DNA of 64,000 bases from contig CAZMZF010000001.1 of NCBI GenBank assembly GCA_964570765.1, positions 47,626-111,625 on the forward strand. The letters run 5' to 3'. This stretch comes from an uncultured Ignavibacteria bacterium (GTDB lineage: Bacteria > Zixibacteria > MSB-5A5 > RBG-16-43-9). This document shows positions 40,939-50,630 of this stretch, one piece after another (the first letter of the stretch is position 1; the number at the start of each line of letters is the position of its first letter). Position numbers and translations under genes: made by a program. The notes under the pieces were generated by a model. It searched no databases. It was not told where the DNA came from and saw nothing but the letters and a program-made list of their open reading frames with translations.

Positions 40939-41949
40939 CTACATCCTCTCATTCAAAATTTGTCTTTCCAAATCCCTGAGAGGTATTCTTTGACCATTTT
41001 TGTAAATAAAAGTAAATCCACTTTTATTTCCTTCTTCAAGTTCGACTAATTTATAAAACATATCTCGATTCAAACCATATAATTTCCTGAAATCTGTCTC
41101 AGTTTTATATGCACCACACCAGCATTCTGTTGATGATCCGAGGGAATGTAATAAAGTCTTAGGTAACCCGTTACTATTTATTAACGAAGTTACTTGTAGG
41201 TCAGACCAATAAAAAATAGGACTAACAGAAAGACACTTGAAACTTGGGTGATACCATATCGGTATATATTGTTTTCTTACATTGGATTCAGCTGCTCTTA
41301 TCCCGTCAAAAACAACTTTTGGTTCTTTTACGCTATCTAGATATTCTTCAATAGGCTTAATTTTTAGCTCCCGACAACACCATCTATATCCAAAACTTGG
41401 AATACCCCATTCTTTTGCTAAAGTAAAATAATCCACTTTCGGTCTCACTATTTTAAGATTAATTTTCAAATGTTTGCAGACCTTCTTTACATATTTGGTA
41501 TTCTCAGGAAGCCCTGCTGTTGTGTCAACATATAGTGCAGTTAAGTCGTTATTGGCTGTTTTTGCAATGTCTTTCAGATAAGCTAAAGTGGCAAGACTAT
41601 CTTTCCCACCACTAAACAGCACAAACGACTTTTTTGTCTCCAATAGTTTTCTAATATCACTTTCAAATATGGAAACTTTTCCTCTGATATTTTTAGACTG
41701 TTCTTCGCTAAGTTCACATACTTTTCTTACTTTTCTCCATTTTATATGAAAAATATAAATGGGTTTTAATGCTGGACCTTTAATCCATCTGGTGACAACT
41801 AAACCTTTTTCTCTACAGAGGGGGCAAATGACTTTAAGGCTTTTCAAACTAAACCCACTAAAAGCCTCTTCAGTCCTTTTCCACCATTGTTTGGGAAAAT
41901 CATTTCCCTGATCTGGATTAAAATTTTGAAAGTTGTAGAATTGTTTCAT
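40939..41949 (-). CDS. PAPS-reductase-like PP-loop ATP pyrophosphatase domain protein with an ~110-aa N-terminal extension
   Basis: SGGKDS PP-loop (VLFSGGKDSLATL), WCCRELKIKP and ECWCG motifs characteristic of the PAPS reductase / DndC / SspD / IbrA superfamily. Confidence 0.75.
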   Translation of the reverse strand: MKQFYNFQNFNPDQGNDFPKQWWKRTEEAFSGFSLKSLKVICPLCREKGLVVTRWIKGPALKPIYIFHIKWRKVRKVCELSEEQSKNIRGKVSIFESDIRKLLETKKSFVLFSGGKDSLATLAYLKDIAKTANNDLTALYVDTTAGLPENTKYVKKVCKHLKINLKIVRPKVDYFTLAKEWGIPSFGYRWCCRELKIKPIEEYLDSVKEPKVVFDGIRAAESNVRKQYIPIWYHPSFKCLSVSPIFYWSDLQVTSLINSNGLPKTLLHSLGSSTECWCGAYKTETDFRKLYGLNRDMFYKLVELEEGNKSGFTFIYKNGQRIPLRDLERQILNERM

Positions 41950-41950
41950 G

Positions 41951-42559
41951 TTATTTTATCTTTTTTATCAACTCGACGAACTTTATAAAAGACTCTATGT
42001 TAGGAATATCAATCGAGCCATCCTCGTTAACTCTGTAAAGATAAAAGAAATTTGTATATCCTGCTTCCTTTAATCCTTTTTCTATCACTTTTGCGCGAGA
42101 CGTGCTTTTCGCGAAACAACACTCAGCAAAATACCACACTTCAGGTACAAACTTTTGGAGGCCAGAACAATATGCCTTATCATCTTTAGATACATAGCTT
42201 ATGTTACTGCGAACTTGAATAACTACCCTCGCTTGTTCTTTGTCAACCAAAACAAATCTCATAGATTTATTATTGTAAGTTTTACATCCAGGTTTGCCTT
42301 CATATATGATTATATCATTTTCATTTGATAGTGCGTTGCCAGTTTTTTTGTTTATAATCTGCCCCCAATCAGCTCTGTATCCATTTGGCAAATATTTATC
42401 AATTACTTCAATGATATTAGTTGAAAGTATAAGACCTTTTACAAAATCATGAATAGTAGGATTTCCAAAATTAGGAGTTGACAATGAATAGGGAGTAGCT
42501 TTACTAATTAACTCCTTCAACTCGCCTGCTATAGCATCAATATATCTCGAGTGTTTCAC
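41951..42559 (-). CDS. Hypothetical protein, possible degenerate PD-(D/E)xK-like motif
   Basis: 202 aa. NDIIIYEGK resembles a D...ExK nuclease motif but is very short. Otherwise unrecognised. Confidence 0.35.
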   Translation of the reverse strand: MKHSRYIDAIAGELKELISKATPYSLSTPNFGNPTIHDFVKGLILSTNIIEVIDKYLPNGYRADWGQIINKKTGNALSNENDIIIYEGKPGCKTYNNKSMRFVLVDKEQARVVIQVRSNISYVSKDDKAYCSGLQKFVPEVWYFAECCFAKSTSRAKVIEKGLKEAGYTNFFYLYRVNEDGSIDIPNIESFIKFVELIKKIK

Positions 42560-43257
42560 TACTTAGGCTCCTGCATATATTCACGCACTAAAGCATTACC
42601 TAATTTTGCTAGAGGGACTTTCAGTTCTTTTGATTTAGTTCTCATCGCAAACAATCCCTCTTTTAAAACTTTAATTATAACTACCCGACCATTTAATTCT
42701 AAAGAGACAATATATTTCGCAGGTACAACTCTGTTAAAAAAAGACTTTATAGTTTTTTGTATATCTTTGTTTTTGATTATCTTTTGGAGATTCTCAAATA
42801 TATCCTTTTCAATACCAAGGTAAGCCACGTAGATTTTTTTGACTTTGGATTTAAGGACTTTATTAATAACTTTATTGATAGGCATTTTGGAATTAACTAT
42901 TTTATACTTTACAATTGCCCTCACATCTTCTGAAGGAATGTTTTTACTCGCAATTTCTTTCGCGAATACGATTTGATCTTTTTCTCTCAGTTTTGAGATT
43001 CTGTAGCAAATATCAACACCTCTAATTAAATCCCTCTTAATCAGTTCTTTAACTTTTACATTCAATTCTGTTATTTTTAAAAATTGCCTTACCATTTCAG
43101 GAGAAAGTCTTACAACTTTCGCCACCTCATCTAGCGATTTATGGATATCGTATAGAAATTTCATCTCCTCAGCAACTTCAAGAAGGTTTATATCTCGTTT
43201 TTTTCTTTTTGTCCCCTTTCCAATTTTCGCTAATGATTTAAGATTCATTTCATCCAT
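42559..43257 (-). CDS. Hypothetical HTH protein resembling the central DNA-binding region of ParB/KorB
   Basis: SLDEVAKVVRLSPEMVRQFL helix-turn-helix-like segment. There is a 1-nt start/stop overlap with both neighbouring genes. Confidence 0.4.
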   Translation of the reverse strand: MDEMNLKSLAKIGKGTKRKKRDINLLEVAEEMKFLYDIHKSLDEVAKVVRLSPEMVRQFLKITELNVKVKELIKRDLIRGVDICYRISKLREKDQIVFAKEIASKNIPSEDVRAIVKYKIVNSKMPINKVINKVLKSKVKKIYVAYLGIEKDIFENLQKIIKNKDIQKTIKSFFNRVVPAKYIVSLELNGRVVIIKVLKEGLFAMRTKSKELKVPLAKLGNALVREYMQEPK

Positions 43258-44087
43258 TACTTATAAAAACCCTTATTGCTCAGCCAGTCTTCTATTGCTT
43301 TTCTAGCAATTTCCTCACGACTTAACCCAATTTCTTTTACCGCATTATCTAATGCCATCAGTAGCGGAGGGGATAAAGGAACCACTATCTTTTCTTCTGT
43401 ATATGTACTTTTAGCTTTTTTTATTAATTCGTCTGTTTTAATCTCTGGCGAACTCTTTTTGATCTCAACTGTTCTTATCCTCTCTGGTGGAGTAAGTTTT
43501 GCAAATTCTTTTGCCAATTTGATCATGTCTTCCTTGTTTTTCGGAGCAAGTTCCATAATTCTTTTTACATCTTGTTTACCAATTTCCTTTTTATAATACA
43601 TTTCTTTTACTTCTTGAGGTGCAGTGTCAATTTTCAGATATTCATAAATATATCCTGGTGGTTTCCCTAAAATTTTGGATAACTTTTTAACTGATTTTTC
43701 ATATTTCTTATATAGGTATGCTATAGCTTTTACAATATCTTCCCTATGTAATTCAACTCTGTGGATATTTTCACTCAAAGATAATATTTTCGCACTTTCC
43801 TCATCAGGTTTCTTCGTTAAAACAATTGCGAGAATTTTATTAAAGTCAGAGTATCCTCTTTTTCTTAATTCTTTAAATGCAAGTAATCTCCGTTGACCTA
43901 TAATTAAATTGTACCTATCGCCCTCACGAAAAACCACAATTGGTTGTAGTAATTTATATTTCAATATACTATCAGCAAGTTCTTCCATTTTCTTTTGTCT
44001 ATCTAAGGTCCTTACATTCCATTTGTCAATATTTGCTAAATTAACTTTATCGATTGATATTTTTTGAATATCTCTGTCGTCTGCCAT
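43257..44087 (-). CDS. ParB N-terminal domain (ParB/Srx fold) protein
   Basis: LLQPIVVFREGDRYNLIIGQRRLLAFKEL matches the ParB box with the GxRR arginine motif. Downstream SENIHRVELHREDIVKAI resembles ParB box III. Confidence 0.75.
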   Translation of the reverse strand: MADDRDIQKISIDKVNLANIDKWNVRTLDRQKKMEELADSILKYKLLQPIVVFREGDRYNLIIGQRRLLAFKELRKRGYSDFNKILAIVLTKKPDEESAKILSLSENIHRVELHREDIVKAIAYLYKKYEKSVKKLSKILGKPPGYIYEYLKIDTAPQEVKEMYYKKEIGKQDVKRIMELAPKNKEDMIKLAKEFAKLTPPERIRTVEIKKSSPEIKTDELIKKAKSTYTEEKIVVPLSPPLLMALDNAVKEIGLSREEIARKAIEDWLSNKGFYK

Positions 44088-44266
44088 TTTAATAACTCCT
44101 TTATTCTAAAAAAATTAATGCCATTATTCTCTTTGTTCCAATATGTATTTATGTATGTTTTTTTGAAGCTTCAATGGTGTTTACAGATTTAATTTTTAAA
44201 TAAATTACTCGTTTCGAAAAATTTTTTAGTAATTTAACTATATCTGTCTCTTCCTGCAACAATTAT

Positions 44267-44863
44267 TTATCTCAAAACCCCTAAAAAATCACCCAAGAGA
44301 AACTGAGCTCTGCCGATCAGGAGGGTGACTCGGGACATTACGGTGTAACCAAAGGTAGCTCCGAAGAAGACCATCATAAAGAAAACCCCGATTTTGGCTG
44401 AAGTGCCCAGAACTCCTTTATGCTCCCTGGAAAAGAAAAAGTAGCTCAGGGTGGTAATCACGGCTAAGGCAACGATGATATTATTGACTGAAGCATATGA
44501 GCCCATTGAGGCTTTCATCTGGGTGTAAATCTGCGCCTGCATCACTGCAGGAATGGAAACTCCTGCTCCTGCGCCTATTATTAAAGCCATTGAAATTCGT
44601 GAAAGCCAGGAAAGTTTCGGTAAAAAGCGGAGGAACATAAAGATGCCTAATATTCCAGGAATGAGATAGAGAAGATCGCCTTCTCTGAAAATCGGGTAGT
44701 AAAGCTTGGGCAGAACAATAGTTTTGATCGAGATAACGATGAGATACCCAACGGAGATACCGACCAAAAGATACTCGGCGAATTTATAAAAGGGGTTATC
44801 CTTATAGAGAAAAGAAAAGATAAACAAGGTTAAAATTACTGCGATTAAAGTGCCTGAGTCCAA
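44267..44863 (-). CDS. Integral membrane protein (about 6 TM), unknown function
   Basis: Hydrophobicity pattern only. Confidence 0.5.
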   Translation of the reverse strand: MDSGTLIAVILTLFIFSFLYKDNPFYKFAEYLLVGISVGYLIVISIKTIVLPKLYYPIFREGDLLYLIPGILGIFMFLRFLPKLSWLSRISMALIIGAGAGVSIPAVMQAQIYTQMKASMGSYASVNNIIVALAVITTLSYFFFSREHKGVLGTSAKIGVFFMMVFFGATFGYTVMSRVTLLIGRAQFLLGDFLGVLR

Positions 44864-45011
44864 ATTGTCTTACTCCTTTCTGTCATTCTGAGGGACTCCG
44901 CTTTTGGTGAGACGACCGAAGAATCTAATTTAGCGGATAGATTCTTCCCCCGCCAAAAGCGGGGTCAGAATGACATTGATTTGCTACAAGCTACTTGCTA
45001 CATGCTTCAAG

Positions 45012-45815
45012 CTATTTTTTCCTCTTCTCTATCCAGTATCCTATATTCCCCAAGATCACCAAAATTATAATCAGAAGATGAGCTATGGATTGGGCATCCA
45101 TACCTCTTGCGCCCATACCAGGTTGACCCAGCAAAATCTCATATTCTGCAGCTCCTTTGAGTCCATTGACCAGTCCCTGGATCTGTCCGGAATTTAAAAA
45201 AGGATAAAAACTGGTTGCCATAACTGCAGTCGTTAAAACAAACAATTTTTTTTCATATCTTGCCACTGCATAATTTATCCAGGAAAAAGGTATATCCCCG
45301 TCAGTAACTGAGATTATAAGAGCTATCTTTTTATAATCTTTTATCTCTTTAGTCAGTTCCAGATCAAAAGTTGAATTACCAGTATAATCCTCAGGAAAGA
45401 CCTGATGGAAATCCTCTCCCAATCCTAAGATGGTAGCAGTAACCTGTGGTCTGAATCCCAAGAAAACATAATCTTTCCCATAGGTTTTATTATGTTTTAA
45501 AGCGTTTTCCTTTAAGACCTTTTCTCCTAAAGCGGTCCCTTCAGCTAAAAGGGAAAGACCTATAGCTTTCAGATTTTTTGAAAAAGAGTGTTGTAAAATT
45601 GCATTGGCTAAAGGCTGGACCTCTGGAAAAGATGAGGCTTCAAAATCAAAGGAGATTAAAACCACTGAGCTGTCTTCTAAATTATTTATTTTCTCAAATA
45701 CATTTTTGACCTCTGGAGTTACCTTATTCGGCAGGCTTAGTTTAAAAATCAGAGGGAAGATTACCGCTACTGCCATCAGGATGAATATCGTTTTTCGGTT
45801 AAAATTTAGTTTCAT
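45012..45815 (-). CDS. Membrane-anchored protein (N- and C-terminal TM helices), unknown function
   Basis: Hydrophobic N- and C-termini. Confidence 0.5.
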   Translation of the reverse strand: MKLNFNRKTIFILMAVAVIFPLIFKLSLPNKVTPEVKNVFEKINNLEDSSVVLISFDFEASSFPEVQPLANAILQHSFSKNLKAIGLSLLAEGTALGEKVLKENALKHNKTYGKDYVFLGFRPQVTATILGLGEDFHQVFPEDYTGNSTFDLELTKEIKDYKKIALIISVTDGDIPFSWINYAVARYEKKLFVLTTAVMATSFYPFLNSGQIQGLVNGLKGAAEYEILLGQPGMGARGMDAQSIAHLLIIILVILGNIGYWIEKRKK

Positions 45816-46101
45816 ATTCTCTTTTGGTGGAACAGATATCCTGTCACTTCTTATTATCAGACAGGAATGTCTGACCTACCACTTTTTTGGACCCACCTTG
45901 GGGGCAAGGTGGGTCTACCGATTTAAGGATAGAATTCACCGAAGGTGGATTCTGTCCCTCCAACCAGTTTCGTCGGGCGTGAAGCCCGACGCTACGAGCA
46001 TTCACTCTTTCACCATCGGATCAGTCCGCTTGAGGTGGACGACGGACACATAACTCCATATTTTTGCTACAAGCTCCTTGCTACGTGCTACCTGCTTAAA
46101 T

Positions 46102-46722
46102 TCATCCTTTACCCAAATAGGTTCTCTCGATTCCAACAATTATCCTTAAAGATGTGGCTATAGAGCCCAGACCGATTCCGATTAAAATCCCTCTTCTGGC
46201 AGCCATACTGGGGATATTCAGTACCCAGGTTGCAGATTGAGGTATAGATGAATGAATCATCTCTCCTATGGGGACTCGGCCTAAGATGACTAAAATCCCA
46301 GCAATCAGAAGGATGGTTGCCTGTATATTTCTTGCCCTGAAACCTCGATAAGCGGCTGAGGCAACAAAAAAAGCTAAAAGTGAAAACATAGTTGACTGCA
46401 TTGGGACCTGGAGATTATCGAAAATCCATAAAAAAGGCGAGCCCTTCTGAATTCCCTTCCAGAAGCCAAAAAATACCATAATAAGAAGTCCGACTATGGC
46501 AACTGAGTTATATCCCCAACCCTTTTGTTTCTTAGATATTTTTTCCAGATGGAGAAGTAAAAAACTTAAAGCGCCGACCAAGAGTGCAAAAACGTAGATT
46601 ATCTGCATCCAGTCTAAAACATTTTGATAACCTTTTAGAAAAAGAGGATGGGGCACAAAAAACTGTGCCAGCATAAATGCCCCAAAACCAAAACATACCC
46701 AGAGAGGTATCTGCCTGCTCAT
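46102..46722 (-). CDS. Integral membrane protein, unknown function
   Basis: Multiple TM helices. Confidence 0.5.
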   Translation of the reverse strand: MSRQIPLWVCFGFGAFMLAQFFVPHPLFLKGYQNVLDWMQIIYVFALLVGALSFLLLHLEKISKKQKGWGYNSVAIVGLLIMVFFGFWKGIQKGSPFLWIFDNLQVPMQSTMFSLLAFFVASAAYRGFRARNIQATILLIAGILVILGRVPIGEMIHSSIPQSATWVLNIPSMAARRGILIGIGLGSIATSLRIIVGIERTYLGKG

Positions 46723-46726
46723 CTCC

Positions 46727-47512
46727 TTATCCTTTTCCTAAAAAATTGATCAAGAAATTATAACCGAGGGTGGATAAAATCCCACCGGCGACTATAAGAA
46801 ATCCTATGATTAATTTCAAAAAGTCCTGCCCTTTAATGCTTCCCAGAACTAAAGGGTCTTTAGTTAAATAGCCACTGGCGGCAAAAAGCTCCTCGCCTAT
46901 CAAAGTGTAGTCGCAGGCAACAATAAAAAAGGAAAGCTGAATAGTAGAATCTGTGCCTGCAATCTGCAAAGCGCCAATGGAGTTTCCGGTCTCAGCTAAG
47001 ATCAGAGATTCAGCTTCAAAGGTCCCTAAGAAAAGATTAGTAGCCGGTCTTTCTCTTAACATAATTCCATCCACTGCGGCTACATATCCAAACTGGCTCT
47101 GGGTTACAAAGTAGATGTTTTCCTTTTTGTATGATTCTGGATGTCCCGTACGGGTAAAACTCTCTTTAACTACTTCCTGGGCAACAGTTGTTACCATCGG
47201 GTCGTAGTTCGGGATTAGAAGAGGAGTGTTATACTCAGCTATTTTCTCCGCTACGCTCCCCAGGATATTCATCGAAGCCATGGTTGCCACCCTTTCCATT
47301 TTTCCCAGACCAGAAGAAAAAAGAATGGGCTTACCCATTTCCGTAGCCCTGCCAACTGCCTCATCTAAAGCCTCAAGCCCGGGAATGGAACGAATCTTCA
47401 GGCTTTTTCCTTTTTTAGCATAAAGGATAAACCCGAAGATAAAAATTAAGGTAACGATTATCCCGATTAAAAGATTTATTTTCTGCGGGTCAAACCAGCT
47501 TTCTTTTTTCAA
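46727..47512 (-). CDS. Membrane protein with a large extracytoplasmic domain, unknown function
   Basis: N-terminal and C-terminal TM helices. Separated by 4 bp from the gene at 46102-46722. Confidence 0.5.
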   Translation of the reverse strand: MKKESWFDPQKINLLIGIIVTLIFIFGFILYAKKGKSLKIRSIPGLEALDEAVGRATEMGKPILFSSGLGKMERVATMASMNILGSVAEKIAEYNTPLLIPNYDPMVTTVAQEVVKESFTRTGHPESYKKENIYFVTQSQFGYVAAVDGIMLRERPATNLFLGTFEAESLILAETGNSIGALQIAGTDSTIQLSFFIVACDYTLIGEELFAASGYLTKDPLVLGSIKGQDFLKLIIGFLIVAGGILSTLGYNFLINFLGKG

Positions 47513-47973
47513 AGCAAAAGCTGAGGAGTTAAAGCTAAATATTATAACAAGAAGAAGAATTAAGTGACGGATTTTCCTCTTCAGGTTAATCCTCCTTGAT
47601 AAGTTTTTAAGTAAAGTAGAAAATAAAATTTCTTTGTCAAGGGAAATTAAAATTTGAAGTAAATCATATAGACCCGCCTTGGGGGCGAGGTGGGTTTACC
47701 GAGTTGACAATTGCTCAGTTTATCAAGTAAAAGCCTGCCCAATGAATTGGGTAACAATATTTATAAATTCATTTTGTCTACCCTACGGGGGCAAGCTCCG
47801 GATCCATTTCTCGGACGAGGAGAGGGGGAAGATCCACTTTTTACTTGACAATTTAATTTGATTATTCTATATATTTTCTGGTTAGAGAAGATAGGGAGCA
47901 AAAAACCGTTTAACATTTTTCCCCGCCTTTGGCGGGATCCCGCTTAAAGCGGGAAAACCAACAGGAGGGTGGT

Positions 47974-50400
47974 ATGCGTTACCGTGTTTTGTTTTTGGTA
48001 GTGGTGGGGCTTCTGGTCTGCAATTTAGTTTATGCAGACGTACCCAGGCTGATTAACTTTCAGGGGAGGCTCACAGATGCATCAGGCAAGTTCGTGGCAG
48101 ATGGTAGCTATTCTGTGACCTTCAGTATTTACTCAGTCCCCTCAAGCGGGAGTGCTTTATGGACTGAGGCGCAATCTGTAACGGTAACCAAGGGGTTGTT
48201 TAATGTCATCCTGGGTTCTGTTACACCGATTCCCAACACCATTTTCGATTCTTATGTTGATACCTACCTGGGAGTACAGGTGGGTGCAGATGTAGAGATG
48301 ACACCTCGCCAGAGACTTACCAGCTTAGGGTATTCCTATTATTCTCTGAATTCAGACAAACTCGACGGTTATCATGCTTCAGATTTCACCAGTCCGGTAT
48401 CTGATTTTGGACGCTCAGGTGTAGCATCTGATTTATATGAGGGAACGACTACTTTGACTGACAAGTATGTAAATGAAGAAGGCCCTGAGATTGTTAGTTG
48501 CACTACCTCTGGCTCAGCCTTTACAGGAAATGCCTCAGGCAGCAACACAGGATCTATGCGAGGAATAACCGGGTATGTATCTAACTCTTCCAGCGGAGAT
48601 TGTTATGGAGTATGGGGAGAAGTGAGTTCTTCAGGCACATCGAGTCAACATTATGCAGTTGTGGGTTTAAGTAGCGGTACTTCTTCTAATAATTTCGCTA
48701 TGGGTCTTTATGGTCAAGCTTCTGGTAATGCCAGTGTCGGTTCCTATGCTGCCTATGGTACTAGTTCAAACTCCGGCTCCGGCAAAGCTTATGGTGGATA
48801 TTTTTCTACTGGTACCTCTGGTACTGGTGAGCATTATGGGGTCTATGCCTACGGTAATGGTAATTCTGATACCACATCCTATGGTGCCTATGGTTATGGT
48901 CGGAACGCTTCCACCGGAGATGTTTATGGCGGATATTTCACCACCTCTTCTTCGGGCACAGGAACCCATTATGGAGTTTATGGAGATGCTTATGGTAGCT
49001 CCTCTTCCGATGTTTATGGTTCTTATAGTATAGCTGAAAATACCTCCAATGGTAACGTTTATGGTGGCTATTTTGTAGCTGATTCCTCAGGCACAGGCGG
49101 CCATATAGGAGTTTGGGCAGAAGGTTATGGAGACTCACCTACAGAGAATGTTTATGGTGTAAGGGGCTATGCTCATAACTCCTCGTCTGCTTATGTCTAT
49201 GGTGGAATTTTTTCTACCTCTTCTTCCGGAACGGGTTATCATTATGGTTTAAGAGCAGAAGGGGTTGGTAACGGTCCTGCGACTTATGGTTCATATAACA
49301 GCGCTACTAACTATTCTGATGATGAGGCTTATGCAGGGTATTTTTATGCCTCCTCCTCAGGCAGTGGAAAGCGTTACGGGGTGTATTCCACCTCTTACAG
49401 CAATTCCGACTCCTCCGCTTACGGTGTTTATGGATATGGCTCAAATTATGTAACAGGTGATGCTTATGGTGGATTTTTTGAGACCTCTACTTCTGGCACA
49501 GGGTATCATTATGGTTTAAGAGCAGAAGGTAATAGTGGCACCGCAGGACCTGCTCGAGGGGTCTATGCAATAGCTGAGAATACCTCCAGTGGTAGTGCCT
49601 ATGCAGGGCAGTTTTATACCTCATCTTCCGGCACAGGATACCATGCTGGTGTTAGTTCATCTTGTTATGGTTCTTATTCTTATATAGATGGTGTTAATAG
49701 TTATGTTTCAAACAGTTCCTCTGGCGACGCTTATGCTGGGTATTTTACCGCCTATTCTAACACTGGAACAGAATACGGAGTCTATGCCTATGCTCCTGCC
49801 ACAGGTTATGCGGGATATTTTTCAGGGAATCATGTAATTACCGGAACCAAGAGCGCGGCAGTGAAGGTGGATAATGGGGAATATCGGTTACTTTACTCTA
49901 TGGAATCACCGGAGAACTGGTTTGAGGATTTTGGTGAAGGGAAATTAGTTAACGGTAAGGCATTGGTGCAGATTGACCCACTCTTTGCTCAATCGGTTAA
50001 TACCTCAGTTAAATATCATGTGTTCTTAACTCCTCAGGATGAGCCTTTGACCTTAGCTGTGGCGAACAGGACTGTAAGCTCTTTTGAGGTGAGAGGTCCA
50101 GCAGGCTCTGATATTTCCTTCTCCTATCGCATCGTAGCCAAGAGGAAAGGTTATGAGGATTTGAGGATGGCTAAGATGCTTGGCTCCACTCCAGAAGAGA
50201 TGCAGGCAGAGCAGTCAAAGCGCCTGGCTGAATCAGAACAGGAAAGAGCACAGATGAAGCTTGAAAGAAAAGAGAGAACAGAAGAAGAGGAGCAACAGTA
50301 TAGACCCAAGCCACCTGAGATAGAGAGCGTGCAGAAGGTAAGAAGAGAAGAGCCAAGACCGGATACAGAGAAGATGAGGGTGGTATCCCAAGAGAGGTAA
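47974..50400 (+). CDS. Secreted Tyr/Gly/Ser-rich repeat protein with a conserved N-terminal domain and a charged C-terminal tail
   Basis: The start is placed at MRYRVLFLVVVG (signal peptide) with GGAGGG before the ATG. There are more than 10 degenerate ~35-aa repeats ...YGVYGYG..S.GD.YGGYF.TSSSGTG.HYG... The E/K/R-rich C-terminus looks coiled-coil-like. Confidence 0.7.
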   Translation: MRYRVLFLVVVGLLVCNLVYADVPRLINFQGRLTDASGKFVADGSYSVTFSIYSVPSSGSALWTEAQSVTVTKGLFNVILGSVTPIPNTIFDSYVDTYLGVQVGADVEMTPRQRLTSLGYSYYSLNSDKLDGYHASDFTSPVSDFGRSGVASDLYEGTTTLTDKYVNEEGPEIVSCTTSGSAFTGNASGSNTGSMRGITGYVSNSSSGDCYGVWGEVSSSGTSSQHYAVVGLSSGTSSNNFAMGLYGQASGNASVGSYAAYGTSSNSGSGKAYGGYFSTGTSGTGEHYGVYAYGNGNSDTTSYGAYGYGRNASTGDVYGGYFTTSSSGTGTHYGVYGDAYGSSSSDVYGSYSIAENTSNGNVYGGYFVADSSGTGGHIGVWAEGYGDSPTENVYGVRGYAHNSSSAYVYGGIFSTSSSGTGYHYGLRAEGVGNGPATYGSYNSATNYSDDEAYAGYFYASSSGSGKRYGVYSTSYSNSDSSAYGVYGYGSNYVTGDAYGGFFETSTSGTGYHYGLRAEGNSGTAGPARGVYAIAENTSSGSAYAGQFYTSSSGTGYHAGVSSSCYGSYSYIDGVNSYVSNSSSGDAYAGYFTAYSNTGTEYGVYAYAPATGYAGYFSGNHVITGTKSAAVKVDNGEYRLLYSMESPENWFEDFGEGKLVNGKALVQIDPLFAQSVNTSVKYHVFLTPQDEPLTLAVANRTVSSFEVRGPAGSDISFSYRIVAKRKGYEDLRMAKMLGSTPEEMQAEQSKRLAESEQERAQMKLERKERTEEEEQQYRPKPPEIESVQKVRREEPRPDTEKMRVVSQER

Positions 50401-50630
50401 GATTTATGTAGGGGCACGGCGCACCGTGCCCCTACGGATGTCATTGCGACCCCGCCACAGGAGGGGGAAGCAATCTGCTGACTATGTGAAGGTTGCTTCG
50501 TCGTCCCCGAAGGGGGCTCCCCGCAATGACAGGTAAAAGAAAAATATTTTGAAATTTTTCTTGCTTTTTGAAAAGTTATCTATATGTTAGTTAATGGTAG
50601 TATAAAAAACCTAAAACTAAGGAGTGGAAG

